Shown: piece after piece, positions 50,531-62,405 of the stretch
How positions within the stretch are numbered: the first letter of the stretch is position 1
Layout of the letters: every line of letters begins with the position of its first letter
Assembly: GCA_013239625.1 (NCBI GenBank)
Contig: MU053881.1
Location: 3,803,957 to 3,867,956, forward strand
Reading direction: 5' to 3'
DNA from: Lama guanicoe
Lineage: Eukaryota
Length of the DNA stretch: 64,000 bases
Program-made: the position numbers and the translations under genes
The notes under the pieces: generated by a model
Databases searched by the model: none
Told to the model about the DNA's origin: nothing
Seen by the model: only the letters and a program-made list of their open reading frames with translations

Positions 50531-52194
50531 TAATTACGGATCTTGAAGGTCATGTTATATCAGGATGTGTTTACCTCCTTTATTGTTATTATTGAGTAAT
50601 TGTACATAATCAGCTCCCTGTTGATAGAATAGTTATTTCCTCCCTCCCCCCTTTTTTGTTTTTGCTGCTATTACAAGTAATTCAGTGAATATCTTTGAGC
50701 CCTTCTGTAAGGAGTGCAGAGTAGATTTATAACAACTTCCAGAAGTGGATTCAAAGTGCACATGCACGGCCCATTTTGATAGATCTTTCCAAGTTGCCTT
50801 TCCAAGAGGGTGTATCCATGTGCGAGTCTCACCAACGGCCAAGTGAGAATTGAACAGGGTTAGTAGGGTGAGGGTAGGGTCGCCCTGGCAGGTTTTCAGG
50901 TAGCGCAGGTGGGAGGCGGCAGGATGGGAGGGACGAGGAGCCCTGAGGAGGCCCCTATGCCTGGGCCTAGAGGGTGGGGGGAAGCTGGTAGGTGGAGGGA
51001 ACAGAGAGGAATGTAGTGGGCGTTCAGTGCAAGAAGGCGGGAGCAAGACTAGAGGATTCAGTAGACTTGGCCAGGTTGGAGGGGCCTGAACGCCATGCTG
51101 CTCTGTTGGAATGTTTCTTGGAGGCAACTGGGAGCCTGAGGAAGGTTCTAGGGAAAGTAATGTGGTCAGATTTACTTTTAAGAAGAATGATTCTAGCCAA
51201 ATGGAGAAAGGCTCAGACGGGCAGTCTCCACTGGGCGAGGGGATGTCATCACGGTGCTGAAGGAAAATGGTGAGACTTGCACTAAAGGTAGATTCTTTGA
51301 GTCCAGAAGAAGGAATGCTTTTGAGAGCTGTTTAGGAAGTAGATTGGACAGACAATACTTTAATTTGTCTAATACTTTGAGAGTCATTATCACATCTGAT
51401 TTTAATTTTTTTAAAGCCTCTTGAATGTTAAAAAATTATCTTCGTGTTGTAACTTATTTTGTTAATAGTTAATTTCCATAATTGGCCCAGAGCATTATGG
51501 GAGCAGACCACGATGGAGTCAGGGTGGTGCGGTGATCCTGGACTTGGATGTGGCAACTTAGAAAGACTACCCAGTCTCCTTAAAATAAGTAAAGACCAGA
51601 AGGATGCCAGAACTGGGCCGAAGCCTAAAGCCACCACATCTCTCTCTCAGATTCACCAAAATTCCCTTCCCTTAGTCAAAAGCAGAAAAAAGAATCAAGT
51701 AATTTTTCTGCAAGCCTTTCCTAAACCTCCTCATTATCTTAAGATAATGGTAAGAAGTGTTTAGAGACCACAAAGAACAATTTATAAACACGTATAGGCT
51801 TCTGTAGCCTTTTTACAAGAAGAGATTTAGAGAGACAAAGTGACTACAGAGCAAAACCCAGTTCAATAGACCCCAAACAAGTACTTGGGAGATACTGGGG
51901 ACTTGGGGGGACTCCGTCCGGGAAGTTCTTCAACTAAGATCTTTCGGAGCCAACTGAAAAAGTTCTTATTAATCAGTTTCCAAAAATCTCTTGGCAATAA
52001 TGAGAATGTTTAGGGAAAAGCTGTCAACCTTCAAGGGATCTAAGCAGAAAGTTCTGTGTTCAGAATCACCATTGTATAAGCATATCCTCAGAAAGCACTG
52101 GGCCCTCAGGGCTGTGTTGAGTGGTATCTGGTTTATTGTCCAACAAACACTTGATATTAATTTTCTAAATTAATGTCAGTGGATGTCAAGGGTA

Positions 52195-52346
52195 CTGGGC
52201 ATAAGAATGACCTGGGGAGATTCTTTAAAGAAATGTAGAGAAAAAAGTCAGTTGATCTAAGCTGATGCCCATGACCTAATTTGGACAGCACCCCCGATGA
52301 ATCTGATGCAGGTAGCCTGAGGTCTGCAGGGTGAGAACCACCGCTC
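52195..52346. mobile_element. MER5-like MITE
   Basis: 'gcataagaatgacctggggag...gatgaatctgatgcagg...gagaaccaccgct'. Confidence 0.7.
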
Positions 52347-53904
52347 TGTTTGAAAGTCCTAGTTGCTGGAGCCCAGCTAAAGCTAATACTGTATAACATC
52401 AAGCAGAACCTCCCTGGAGTTGAGGCAGGAGGAATAAACAAGGAAGCCACCTTACAACTGGGATTAATGGTGTCAAGTCTGGGGAGTCAGACCGCCCGAT
52501 GATGACTTAGACGTGTGGATTGGTTGGATTGGTTCTCTTGGGAAGGTGTTTATTTGGTCTGGGGAGGAGAATGAGACATTGAGGATGGTCCCCAAGGATG
52601 GAGACCGACAAGGCTTTCCTTTCCTTTCCTTTCCTTTCATTTCAAACAGAATCAGAATACCTCATCTTTGCTCTAGCTTGTGTTGGATGCTGGGAACATA
52701 GGATGAATCTGATGCTGCCTTCAGGAGTTGGAAGCAAGGGAGAGGAGAGAGGTGGTAGAGAGGGGAGGAGGGGGTGAGAGGAACAGGTGAAGGACGAGGG
52801 CAAGGGAGGAGGGCCAAGGAATAGCAAAGGAGGAGCAAACATTTTGAGCTCCTTCTCCGAAAGGTTCTAACCCCCGAGCCCCGGCTCCCCAGGGTGCTGC
52901 CGCAGACTCAGTGGGTGCGCCAGCCTATGTGAAATTTCAAGGGAAAGACTATGGTACTCGATTTCTGTAGGACACCATGGCAGACTGACAGCTCGAGGTA
53001 GTTCCCAGGTTCACCCTTAGATTGGGCTATATTCCTTTTGATGATGTCATCTCTTTGGTTTTTCAGCAGTTACGGTAACAAGAGATGACATCTACAGCGT
53101 GAAAACCAATGTGGAACAGGATACGAGGGTGACCATGTCCCATCTGCTCTCTGAGCTTTGAGAAATTGTGTGGTACCCAACAGGCACATCCCATTTGTAA
53201 GTAATTTGGGCTCTTTAAGAATAAAGCAGAAACTTATTAGTATTCTTTCAGTTTATGTGTCCTTTTTTTCCCCTTCCAAATGGGGACTAAGTTGTTAAGA
53301 CATAGATTCTTATTAAATTTGTAGTTTGGAGCTAACTGCTTAATAAATGGAACTCTTGGGGGTTTTTGAGGTTCTTTTGTTGGTGCACCATGAAAAAATT
53401 ACTGAGATGCTCAGACACTGGGAGCAGAATAGGTGTGGGAACTTTTGGATTATTCTGTGCTTGCAACATTTAATTCTTTTTCACTGAATTCTGGCAACAA
53501 CACTATTTAGGTACGATTACTTGCTCCCATTTACTTTAGAGAAAACTGAAGATCAGCGAAGACCAGCATCTCAAAGCTAGCTAGTGCGAGAGGAGGAAAG
53601 AAATCCATCTGACAGACTGTCCGTGTTCTTAGCCACTCTGCTTTGCACTCAGACACCTAGGAGTAATTAGCCAGTGCACCCGAAGAATTGGGAAAGCTTA
53701 GTTTTACTGTATTACTAACAAGGCCACATTATTCTTTCATCCTATGAAATCACAGCAGTGTCTCATCCTCCAATTTGAAATCCCTTAATGTCTGGGTGGT
53801 GCAGCCCCGTGAGTCAGATCCCTGGCTCCGCTGCTGTGATCATGGACAGGAATAGGGCCCTGGGGACCCTTGGGGTAACATGCCCTCTAAATATGGCTCT
53901 CACC

Positions 53905-54010
53905 AGGCCCTTTTCCAGGCCCCAGGAGGTAATTCTTCCTGAGGGATGAGGCAAACTTGGAGAGAGTTCAGAAGGAAGCTGCCTCTGTGATCACAGGATA
54001 GGAATAAAAG
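53905..54010 (+). mobile_element. L3/CR1 LINE relic
   Basis: 'gcaaacttggagagagttcagaaggaagctgcc' resembles the CR1 ORF2 end (LERVQRRA). Confidence 0.5.
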
Positions 54011-54133
54011 AATATTACAATGTTTGGAACCAGCTAATCAACTCCATTATGACACCAAGGAGAAGACAGGCCCAGGAGGGTTCAGACACTTCCTGAAGGC
54101 CACACAGTGAGTTGGTAGCAGATCTAACACTCC

Positions 54134-54199
54134 TGACATAAGCCATCACTTGACATAAGCCATCACTTGACATAAGCCATCAATCTTGACACAGCCATT
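54134..54199. repeat. 17-bp minisatellite (TGACATAAGCCATCACT) x ~3.7
   Basis: Two perfect units, one unit with a 2-nt gain, and one degenerate partial unit. Confidence 0.95.
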
Positions 54200-54697
54200 G
54201 GGTAAAAACTAAGGGCCAAGAAGAAAACCCTAGAAGACTCAATGGACTACTGAGGCTTGACATGGCCACCTCTAGGCAAGCTCCAAGATGGTCCCAAAGG
54301 TCCTCCTTGTGCCAGACCCTCTGTGCTGCATCTCTCATCTATGACCCCGCACAGCTTCACTTAGTAGCCATGTTTTAAAGCCCAGGCAACTGAGATTCAA
54401 AACAAAGAATATTGGCAAGTTAGGGAGTAATTGAGGTGGGACTCAGCACCAGGTCAGACCAGCTTTGCATGACACTTGGTTCTTCTCACGTACCAATCTC
54501 GATATTCTAGGTGGATAGGTGAGTGTTTTACCAAACCGTTAGCTGCCGTCACCAACACTAGCATCTGGGGGACGTTTCATTTCCCACTGGACTTCAACTC
54601 TGAACACCCTCTTTCCACTGCCAGATTCCAAATGCAAGAGCACCTCCGGTTTCCAGGTGGAAGCAAGGAGCCTTCCCCTATCTGGCTATGTATAGTT

Positions 54698-54900
54698 CCA
54701 GACCTGGGCAACTTTTTCTGCAAAGGGCTGGATAGTGAATATCCCAGACTTTGCAGATCTCTGCTGTTGCCACCATTCAATTCTTCCGTCGCAGCAGGAA
54801 GGCAGCCATAGACAATGCGTAAGCAAAGGAATGGGGCTGTAGTTCAATACAAGTTTATTTGCAAAAACAGGTAACGTGCTGTAGTGTGCTGCGCCCGATA
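54698..54900. mobile_element. MER58A-like hAT-Charlie MITE
   Basis: 'ggcaactttttctgcaaagggctggatagtgaatat...gcagccatagacaatgcgtaa...gtttatttgcaaaaacagg'. Confidence 0.88.
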
Positions 54901-55267
54901 CAGTTAGAAAACAGCCTTTTTTTTTTTGACTTAGCTTTGATATAGTCCTCCTACTTGCCTGAAACTTGTCTCAGCACTGAGGCTTCTATATTTGTGGTTC
55001 TCCCATCTCAGTGGGGGACGAGTGAGGCTGTCACAGACCATATGTGTATTTCCCCATTTTCTTTCTCCTTCCCAGTGACTAAAGGGTGGTGAGAATGAGA
55101 CTGTCTCTTTGGACCCAAAGACGAAAGCCACATGCTGAAGATGGAAAAGCCATCCTGTTGTCTGAACTGCCTACCCCTGAGCTGTTACATAAGGGAGGAT
55201 TTTATTTCAGTCTTATTGAAGTCACTGTATTTCTGGAGTTCTTTGTTACAGCAGCAAAACTTGTTCC

Positions 55268-55812
55268 TAGTACTGGTTACATAATTTACAGGACCCACTG
55301 TGAAATGAAAATGTGGGGTCTTTGCTCAAAAATATGATATCACTTACATGTAGAATCTAAAAAAATGACATAAATGAACTTATTTACAAAACAGAAACAG
55401 ACTCACAGACATAGAAAACAAACATATGGTTACCAGGTAGGAAAGAGTGTGGGAAGTGGTAAAATAGGACTTCAAGATTTGCAGATACTAACTACTATAT
55501 ATAACATAGGTAAGCAACAAGTTTCTACTATACAGCACAGAGAATTATATTCAATAATTTTTAGTTACCTTTAATGAAAAAGAATATGAAAAGGAATCTA
55601 TGTATGTATATGTACAACCGAAACATTATGCTGTATACAGAAATTGATACAGCATTGTAAACTGATTATATTTTAAAAAAAAGTGTTCTTCAACTTAAAA
55701 AAATTGTGAAGAATTGCAAGACAATGACAACAGAGCATTAAATCACCTGCAGGGCCCTTCTGAGTGTGGGGACCTGTGTGATGGCCCAGGTTGCATGTCC
55801 ATGAAGCACATG
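55268..55812 (-). mobile_element. MER45A (hAT-Tip100) split by an L1 insertion
   Basis: Left half 'ctggttacataatttacaggacccactgtgaaatgaaaatgtgggg...ctcaaaaat'; right half 'aagaattgcaagacaatgacaacagagcattaaa...gggcccttctgagtgtgggg...ccatgaagc'. Confidence 0.85.
55334..55698 (+). mobile_element. Young camelid L1 3' UTR inserted in MER45A
   Basis: 'atgatatcacttacatgtagaatctaaaaaaatgacataaatgaacttatttacaaaacagaaacagactcacagacatagaaaacaaac'. Confidence 0.92.
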
Positions 55813-56449
55813 CCAGAACATAGGCGGGAACTCAATTAAATCCTCGGGGGCTGGAGCCTCAACACTGGGTCATTTCTAGTGACTGTAAGGCGCCAGGATT
55901 CTGATCATTCTCTGACGTACCGCAGGTACCATGGTCAGGAAGGAACCAGACCAGGGGCCCAGGGGCCTGTTCCCTCTTGGAAATTTTCAGAGTTCACTCC
56001 TTTCCACACTTGGGGGCACAGCAGGAGAATGCAATTTCCTGGAGGGCAAATCAGAGGTGACAAATGCACAGGTCTCAATGGTTGCCATGGAGAGACCTCA
56101 GGCCAGTCCTCCGTGGGGCTGGGTCATCAATGTGGCTCCGATAAGATCAGGACTGATTCGGTGGCTCCCTGAGACCTTCCTTTACAACCCAGCAGCCACT
56201 CTTTCTTTCTTCTGAGGAAGGTATGATTATTGTTGAATTTTGCAAATGGAGGCCCTACTGATTAAGGGTAGCCGTGGATTCAAACCCTGGCAGTTTCCGT
56301 CAGGAGTTTAGGCTCTGAACCACTACCCGCAGCTTGACCAGAAACAAGCTACTTATTTGCATAAGGACCACCCATCTTCCATCCCTCCAAGGGAGCTGGC
56401 TTATTCCCCCCATTCCAACACCTGTAACATGAGGGCCTCCGAGTCAAGA

Positions 56450-56675
56450 GGTTACAGGGGCAGGTTCTGGAGGGCGGCTGCCTGGCTGCAACTTCCGGTT
56501 CCATCCCCTATTACCAGCTACATGACCTAAGGCCAACCTCAGTTTCCTCATCTCTAAAATGGCAGTAATAATAAAAGCCCTTCCTCGTTGATTTGTTATG
56601 AGGATGAAGTAAGTTAACACAGGCAAAGGACTTGGTATTGCGTGAGCCCTTAATAGACATTCGCTTTAATTACTG
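56450..56675 (+). mobile_element. MIR SINE
   Basis: 'cctcagtttcctcatctctaaaatggcagtaataata'. Confidence 0.85.
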
Positions 56676-57348
56676 ATGCAAAACACCCAATACGTTAGAC
56701 TTCCCAGACCCCTGCACACATTTATCTGCGTCTGCACCGCTCTCTCTCCAAGGCCCTCCTGCCTCTGCCCTGGTCTTTGAATTCTTCTTTCAACCCCCTT
56801 CTCTTCTCCTGCTGCCATGTTAAATTAGGCGGATGTTTCATGTTTTGTTTTGAAATCAGGGCAAAATGGTTATATTTAACTGAGTCTAATTTATTAAAAT
56901 AATTGTCGTAATGAATACTAATTATTAAATGTCCACTTGGTTACGTGCTTCCCTTTGCTGGAACATGTACTCCGTGTGAGTCATTATGAGACAAGACATG
57001 CAGCAAACTGTGTAATTACCGACAAAGCATTTAAGACACAAACCAGTAAAAATCAAAGGTAGGAGAAAAATGCTTTGAAGAGAGCTGGCGACTGGTTGGG
57101 ACTTCCTGGGTCCTGCCAGGAACCTGGGGCGGGAGGTGGGGGGCAGAGCAGGCTGTTGGGTGGCAGCCCTGAGATCTGAGATCCAGTACCAGGTCACTCT
57201 ATCCAGATAGAGAGGAAGTGAGATGCTGCTTCTGGGGAAGCGCGAAGGGTTGCCATGCCACCTTTTTAAGTAAGTTGAGAGAGATGTAAGTCCGGTCCAG
57301 CACAGCCCTTCATTCAGGAAGAGCATACGAAAAACCAGGTGGTGTAAA

Positions 57349-57999
57349 TGATACGGGAACATTGGGGCACAAGAGGATGCCCGTGTCCCAGGGCCCAGGC
57401 GAGTCCTTGGGACATGCCCCATCGAATGGGCGTCCTTGGATTTGCACGGGAAAGAATTCACGAGCCAGCCATGATTGAGTAAAAGCAGATTTATTCAGAG
57501 ATGCACACTCCATAGACTGCATGCGGGCCGTCTCAGAAGGCCAGAGAAAGGCCACAAGGCGTGGAGGTGCGTGTTTAGTTAAGGAAAAGTAGACACACAC
57601 TCCATAGACAGAGTGCAGTCTGTCTCACTCAGGAGGGAGAGCGGCCATGAGGTGCAGGGTGGTGAGTTTTTATGGGCTCAATAGCTTCATATGCTAACAA
57701 GTGAAGAATTACTCCAATTACCTTGGAGAAGGGGTGGGGAGTCCCAGGAAGTGGGCCACCACCCACTTTTAAACCTTTTATGATCAGCCTTGGAACTGTC
57801 ATGGCACCTGTGGGAGTGCCACTTAGCACGCTAATATATTATAATGAGTGTATAATGAAGCTCAAGGTCTACTGGAGGTCAAGTCTCCTGCCATCTTGGG
57901 CTTCAAGTTCTATTGGGAGTTGAATTTTCTGCCATCTTGGCGCTAACTGCTGTGTCATTCCTTGAATGGCTGTGCCTTGCCCCCTTCCTTGCTGTTTCA
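57349..57999 (-). mobile_element. ERV1-class solo LTR (651 bp), relatively young
   Basis: TG...CA termini; perfect 4-bp TSD TAAA (57345-57348 / 58000-58003); minus-strand AATAAA (~57490); internal duplications 'cacactccatagac' and 'ctgccatcttgg'. Confidence 0.9.
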
Positions 58000-58072
58000 T
58001 AAAGAGGCATCAAGGGAAGTCAGGGTTGGGATGGGTTCTTGATTTCTCCACAATAATAATTTGCCAAGGGAC

Positions 58073-58258
58073 TGTCATGGGTTGAACCGTGTCCTCCACC
58101 AAATTCATATGTTGAAGTCCTACCCACCCCCCAACCCCTGCAGCTGTACCTCAGAGAGTGACCTTATTTGGAGGTAGGGTCTTTGCAGAGGTGATCACGA
58201 TAAACTGAGGACATTAAGGTGAGCCCAAGTCCAACAGGACAATTGTCCTTACATGAAG
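58073..58258 (+). mobile_element. MaLR LTR 5' half (MLT1B/C-like)
   Basis: 'tgtcatgggttgaaccgtgtcc...aaattcatatgttgaagtcct...gtgaccttatttggaggtagggtctttgcaga'. Confidence 0.88.
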
Positions 58259-58668
58259 CACCACAGAGTAGGTGGCTTAAACACAGAAATGTGTCGTCTC
58301 AGTCTTGGAGGACTGATGCCCACGATCAAGGTGTCACCAGGGTGGGTTTCTTCTGAGGACCGTAGGGGGAAAACTGCTCCAGGCATCTCCTTTGGCTTTT
58401 GGTGGTTTTCTGCCAATCTCTGGCATCCTTTGGCTTCTAGAAACATCACGTCAATCTCTGCCGTCATCTTCACATGGCATTCTCTCCATATGCACGTCTC
58501 TGTCCAAATTTCCCCTTTTTTTAAGGAAACTAGTTCTACTGGATTTGACTCCACCGTAATGTCATCATTTTCGCTTGATTACCTTATCTTCAGATAAGGT
58601 CACATTCTGAGGTCCTGGGAGTTAGGACTCCAACAGATGAATTGGAACGGCAGGATGGGACCGCAATT
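58259..58668 (-). mobile_element. MaLR LTR (MLT1C-like), lacking its 3' terminus
   Basis: 'ggtggcttaaacacagaaatgt...aaggtcacattctgaggtcctgggagttaggactccaaca'. Confidence 0.88.
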
Positions 58669-59335
58669 TGGAACTTAAATAGTGACCTTGGGCAAGTACC
58701 TCCCTGCCTCTGAGCTCAGTTTACCTTTTGCAAAATGATATGTAATTGTATGCCCTCCAAGTGTTTCTCAGCCCCAAGTCCTATAGAGGTCAAATAAATC
58801 TCAGCCCCTAGATCCAGTTTTCCCCCAAAGGCTGCAGAAACAGACACAGAGGCATCAATATACAGCCAGGTAAATGCGGTTGGAAACTGTCTTCCAGAGA
58901 GAACTAGGCAATGGTGCATTTCCCCAGTGTGTGGGGGGGGTGTATTTCTGATTTGCTTTGGGGGCGGCCCAACAACTCCCCAAACCTCCATGACCAAATG
59001 CTGGGCTGAATTGGTCAGAGAGGACCTGGTCTTTTGAGACTAATTACCAGTGTGACCCAAGGCTGGGCAAGACAGTCTCAGGGGAAGCGGGATCAGGTTA
59101 CCAAGCTTTCACGCGTAGATCATTAAAACCCTGTGGGATGGGCAACAGCCGTAATCACCTGCTCTCAGCTGCACCCAGTTCAGGCAAGAGGCCACCGGGG
59201 AACACAAGGCTCCCATCTCACAATCTGAGGCCAAGCCAGGTCAAGGTCTCTCTCCCAGACTATTTCCACCCAAATCCACCTACACTGCCTCTATTTCCTG
59301 CCTCATCTGTAGCCACATACCAGCTGCACCTTCCA

Positions 59336-59427
59336 TAAGGTGACCAACTTTCCCAGCTATATCCCTGAATGTGCCCCCACCCCAGAGTGCCCTCAGTCCC
59401 CAGCACATGGGACAACTGGTCACACTA
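59336..59427. mobile_element. MER94/MER81-like MITE
   Basis: TIRs taaggtgaccaac / ctggtcacacta. Confidence 0.75.
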
Positions 59428-60324
59428 TCCCTCCTGCCGGCTCCTAGCTCCACACACACACACATATTACAAGCCTGGAATCACCTGCAGTTTCTAAAAC
59501 AGCCCAGTTCCCTCCCTTAACAACCTCCTCATCTGTCAAGAAGATGCTTCGCTCTTTCCTGCAAGCCGTCTCTGGACCCTGCGCTCGGGGGAGCCTGCCC
59601 TGGTGCATAAAGTCCTCAGCCCACCTTCATGTAATTGTAGCCTCCTCGCCTTGTCTGTCTCACCTGCCAATTAGAAGCTCCTCCAGGGCAGGGGGTTTGG
59701 ACAAGACTGGACGCCAATTATTGCCTCGCAAAGGAAGAAGGGAAGGGAGAGGTTTGGGCATCATCACTGAAAATACAGCTCACCCCGGCAGCTGTCTGCC
59801 CAGGGGAAATTGCCACAGGCCTAGCAGGGCAAGCGCTAACACACACAGCTCTGTTGTCCTGAAATGGGTAAAGTACGCATCAAAGATGCACAAGCTAAAG
59901 TTGGCTTCCCTTCCACTTCCTACTGCCACATCTGTTTCCTAGACACAACTACCCTCAACCACTTTCTTGTGGATCCTTCCAGAGATAGTTTGTACAAAGG
60001 CAAATATAGCTTTAAAACACACACAAAGAGGAACACAGTCTCCATGTTCCTCTGCACTTTGTTTTTGTTTTTTTTTTCCTTTGTTGACAATATAGCTTGG
60101 CGGTTGTTTGGTGTCAGAACAGACAGATCTGCCTCTTTATTTGTAATGACTCTCATTTCCTAAGGGGAATCTCTGCGGAAACTCCAGACCTGTCACCTTC
60201 CTTGGTGACTTGTACTTTCACATCACCCTGTACCTCACGTCAGTCCTGATCGGAGTTTTAATGAATTAAATCAAGTGCTGGAGCTATTGATGAGGTACCT
60301 AATGCCTGAATCCCACACCAGGCC

Positions 60325-60495
60325 AGCGGAGTGTGCTCCAGAATGATCAGGAAGACTTACTGAAGTGCAGATTGTGGGGTGGACCTCAGAGTTCCTGATT
60401 TAGTGGGTCGCAGGTGGGACTGGTGAATTTGCACAAGTTTTTGGGTAACTCAGATACTGCTGGCTCAGGAGCCCTAACTTTAAGAACCACGCACT
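60325..60495. mobile_element. MER5A-like MITE
   Basis: 'ctcagagttcctgatttagtgggtc...gaatttgca...gatactgctgg...ctttaagaaccac'. Confidence 0.8.
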
Positions 60496-61710
60496 AGACC
60501 GTGAGCTTTGTAAGGGAAACAATGGGGGAGGTTTTATTCACTAAACTATCCCCCATGCCTGGCACATAATAGGCAGATGATAAACACTGGTTAAATGAGA
60601 AATAAAGGGATGAGGGCTCGCACTCTGGCTGTGAACTCTTTGGGTGCATTGGTCTGGAGTGAAGTGTAGGCGGTTTTGCTAAAGGACTTTTGACAAAGCT
60701 GCACAGGAAATCAGAGACAGGGCCTCTGGTTCAGCTGGTCAGACAGGTTGGCCAGCCCCCATCCTCTCCCTGCCCTGAGGGTCTAACCTTTGATGCCACC
60801 AACTCTCCTCTTCATTCCCGGATCCTGATCACTTTCTTACAGAGAGAAGGGGTTTCCAATATGACCTGGGGAAGCAAACTGGGAAGCCCGGGAGGTGAAG
60901 TGGCTTGATCAGGGTCACAGGGCACTTTGGATGACACAGGAGAGCTGGCCCAGCTGGCCAGAGGGCTGAGCAGAGCTGAGACAAACCCACGACGCTGATC
61001 AAGCCAGAATGACATCCTTTCTCAAATGAAACTGCAGTCTCACGTGAAATTCACACATGTTCATCAATCATTCATTTATTCACTTGTTCAAGAAGGATTT
61101 ATTGAACACCTACCTGTCGTGTCAGAGACAGTTTTGGGTATTGGGGATACAGTGATGAACAGAACAAAGTTCCTGCCTCCAGAGAACTTCTCTTTAGGGA
61201 GGAGGTGCAGACAACAAATGAAAACAAGAAAATAATTTCAGATGACAATGATTAAATGCAAAGAAAGGAAAACAGTCCAAAATCAGAGTGCACGGGCACT
61301 GACAGTTGCCAACTCATGGTGGGCAGAGCTGAAGGGTTTTAGCTCCAGTGAGTAGCTTTGCTAGTTCTGGGAAGTACTTAGGTAGAGCTGCTTCAAGGTA
61401 TGGAATCTATCAGGGCCAAAGACCAACCAGGAGAGACCATGAGAAAGGAGCTTCTGCTTCCGCAGGTGTCATCCATTTGGTGTTGTATAAAGAATGATGC
61501 CTTCAGAGCCAGAGAATTCTGGGCTTAAATCTTGTCTCTAATTGCCTTTCAGCTGTTGGAACCTCAGTTTCTCCATCTGTGAAATGGGGTTCAATGACTA
61601 CAGCTACTGCTTGGAGTCAGACAGTTTGAGTCCCAGTTCTTCTGGATCCAAGTAAGTGAGACTTTGGGCCAACTACCTGACTTGTCTGAACCTCAGAAAA
61701 TGTATTCATC

Positions 61711-62262
61711 TACATGCACCCCAGTGTTCAGAGCAGCACTATTTATGATAGCCAAGACATGGAAACAACCTAAATGTCCATCAACAGACGACTGGATAAA
61801 GAAGATGTGGTATGTGTGTATATACAAACACACATACACACACACACACACAGACACACACACACACACACACACACAGACACACACAACGGAATACTAC
61901 TCAGCCATGAAAAAGAGTGAATTTTTGCCATTTGCAGCAATTTGGATGGACTTGGACTTGGAGGGCATTTTGATAATGAAATAAGTCAGACAGAGAAAGA
62001 CAAATACTATATATCATTTATATGTGGAATCTAAAAAAATACAACAAACTAGTAAATATAGCATAAAAGAAGCAGATTCACAGACATTATAGAGAACAAA
62101 CTACTGGTGACCATTGGGGAGGGGCGAGGGACAATATAGGGATGAGGAGAGGGAGGCACAAAATATTTGGTGTAAGACAGGCTCAAGGATGTAGCCAATA
62201 TTTTGTAATAACTGTAAATGGAGAGTAACTTAAAAATTGTACAAAAATTAAAAATTAAAAAA
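61711..62262 (+). mobile_element. 5'-truncated L1 (ORF2 end and 3' UTR) with an internal (CA)n
   Basis: Translates TCTPVFRAALFMIAKTWKQPKCPSTDDWIKKMWY (L1 ORF2 C-terminus); A-rich tail; TSD agaaaatgtattca. Confidence 0.93.
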
Positions 62263-62276
62263 AGAAAATGTGTTCA

Positions 62277-62405
62277 GTGGGGTGGGTATAACTTAGTGGT
62301 AGAGCGCATGCTTAGTATGCCCTGGGTTCAATCCCTAGTACCTCCACTGAAAAGGAAAGAAAAAGAGAAAGAAAGAAAGAAAGAAAAAAAAAGAAAGGAA
62401 GGAAG
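62277..62405 (+). mobile_element. Camelid tRNA-derived SINE (Vic-1 type), short form with a (GAAA)n tail
   Basis: 'gggtataacttagtggtagagcgcatgcttagtatgccctgggttcaatccctagtacctcca'. Confidence 0.9.

Noticed and set aside
54134..54199. Direct repeats superficially like a CRISPR array
   Set aside because: The units are head-to-tail with no unique spacers, and the DNA is mammalian; it is a minisatellite.
56925..57461. 178-aa ORF starting in the solo LTR
   Set aside because: It has no gag, pol or env similarity and simply reads out of the LTR into flanking DNA.
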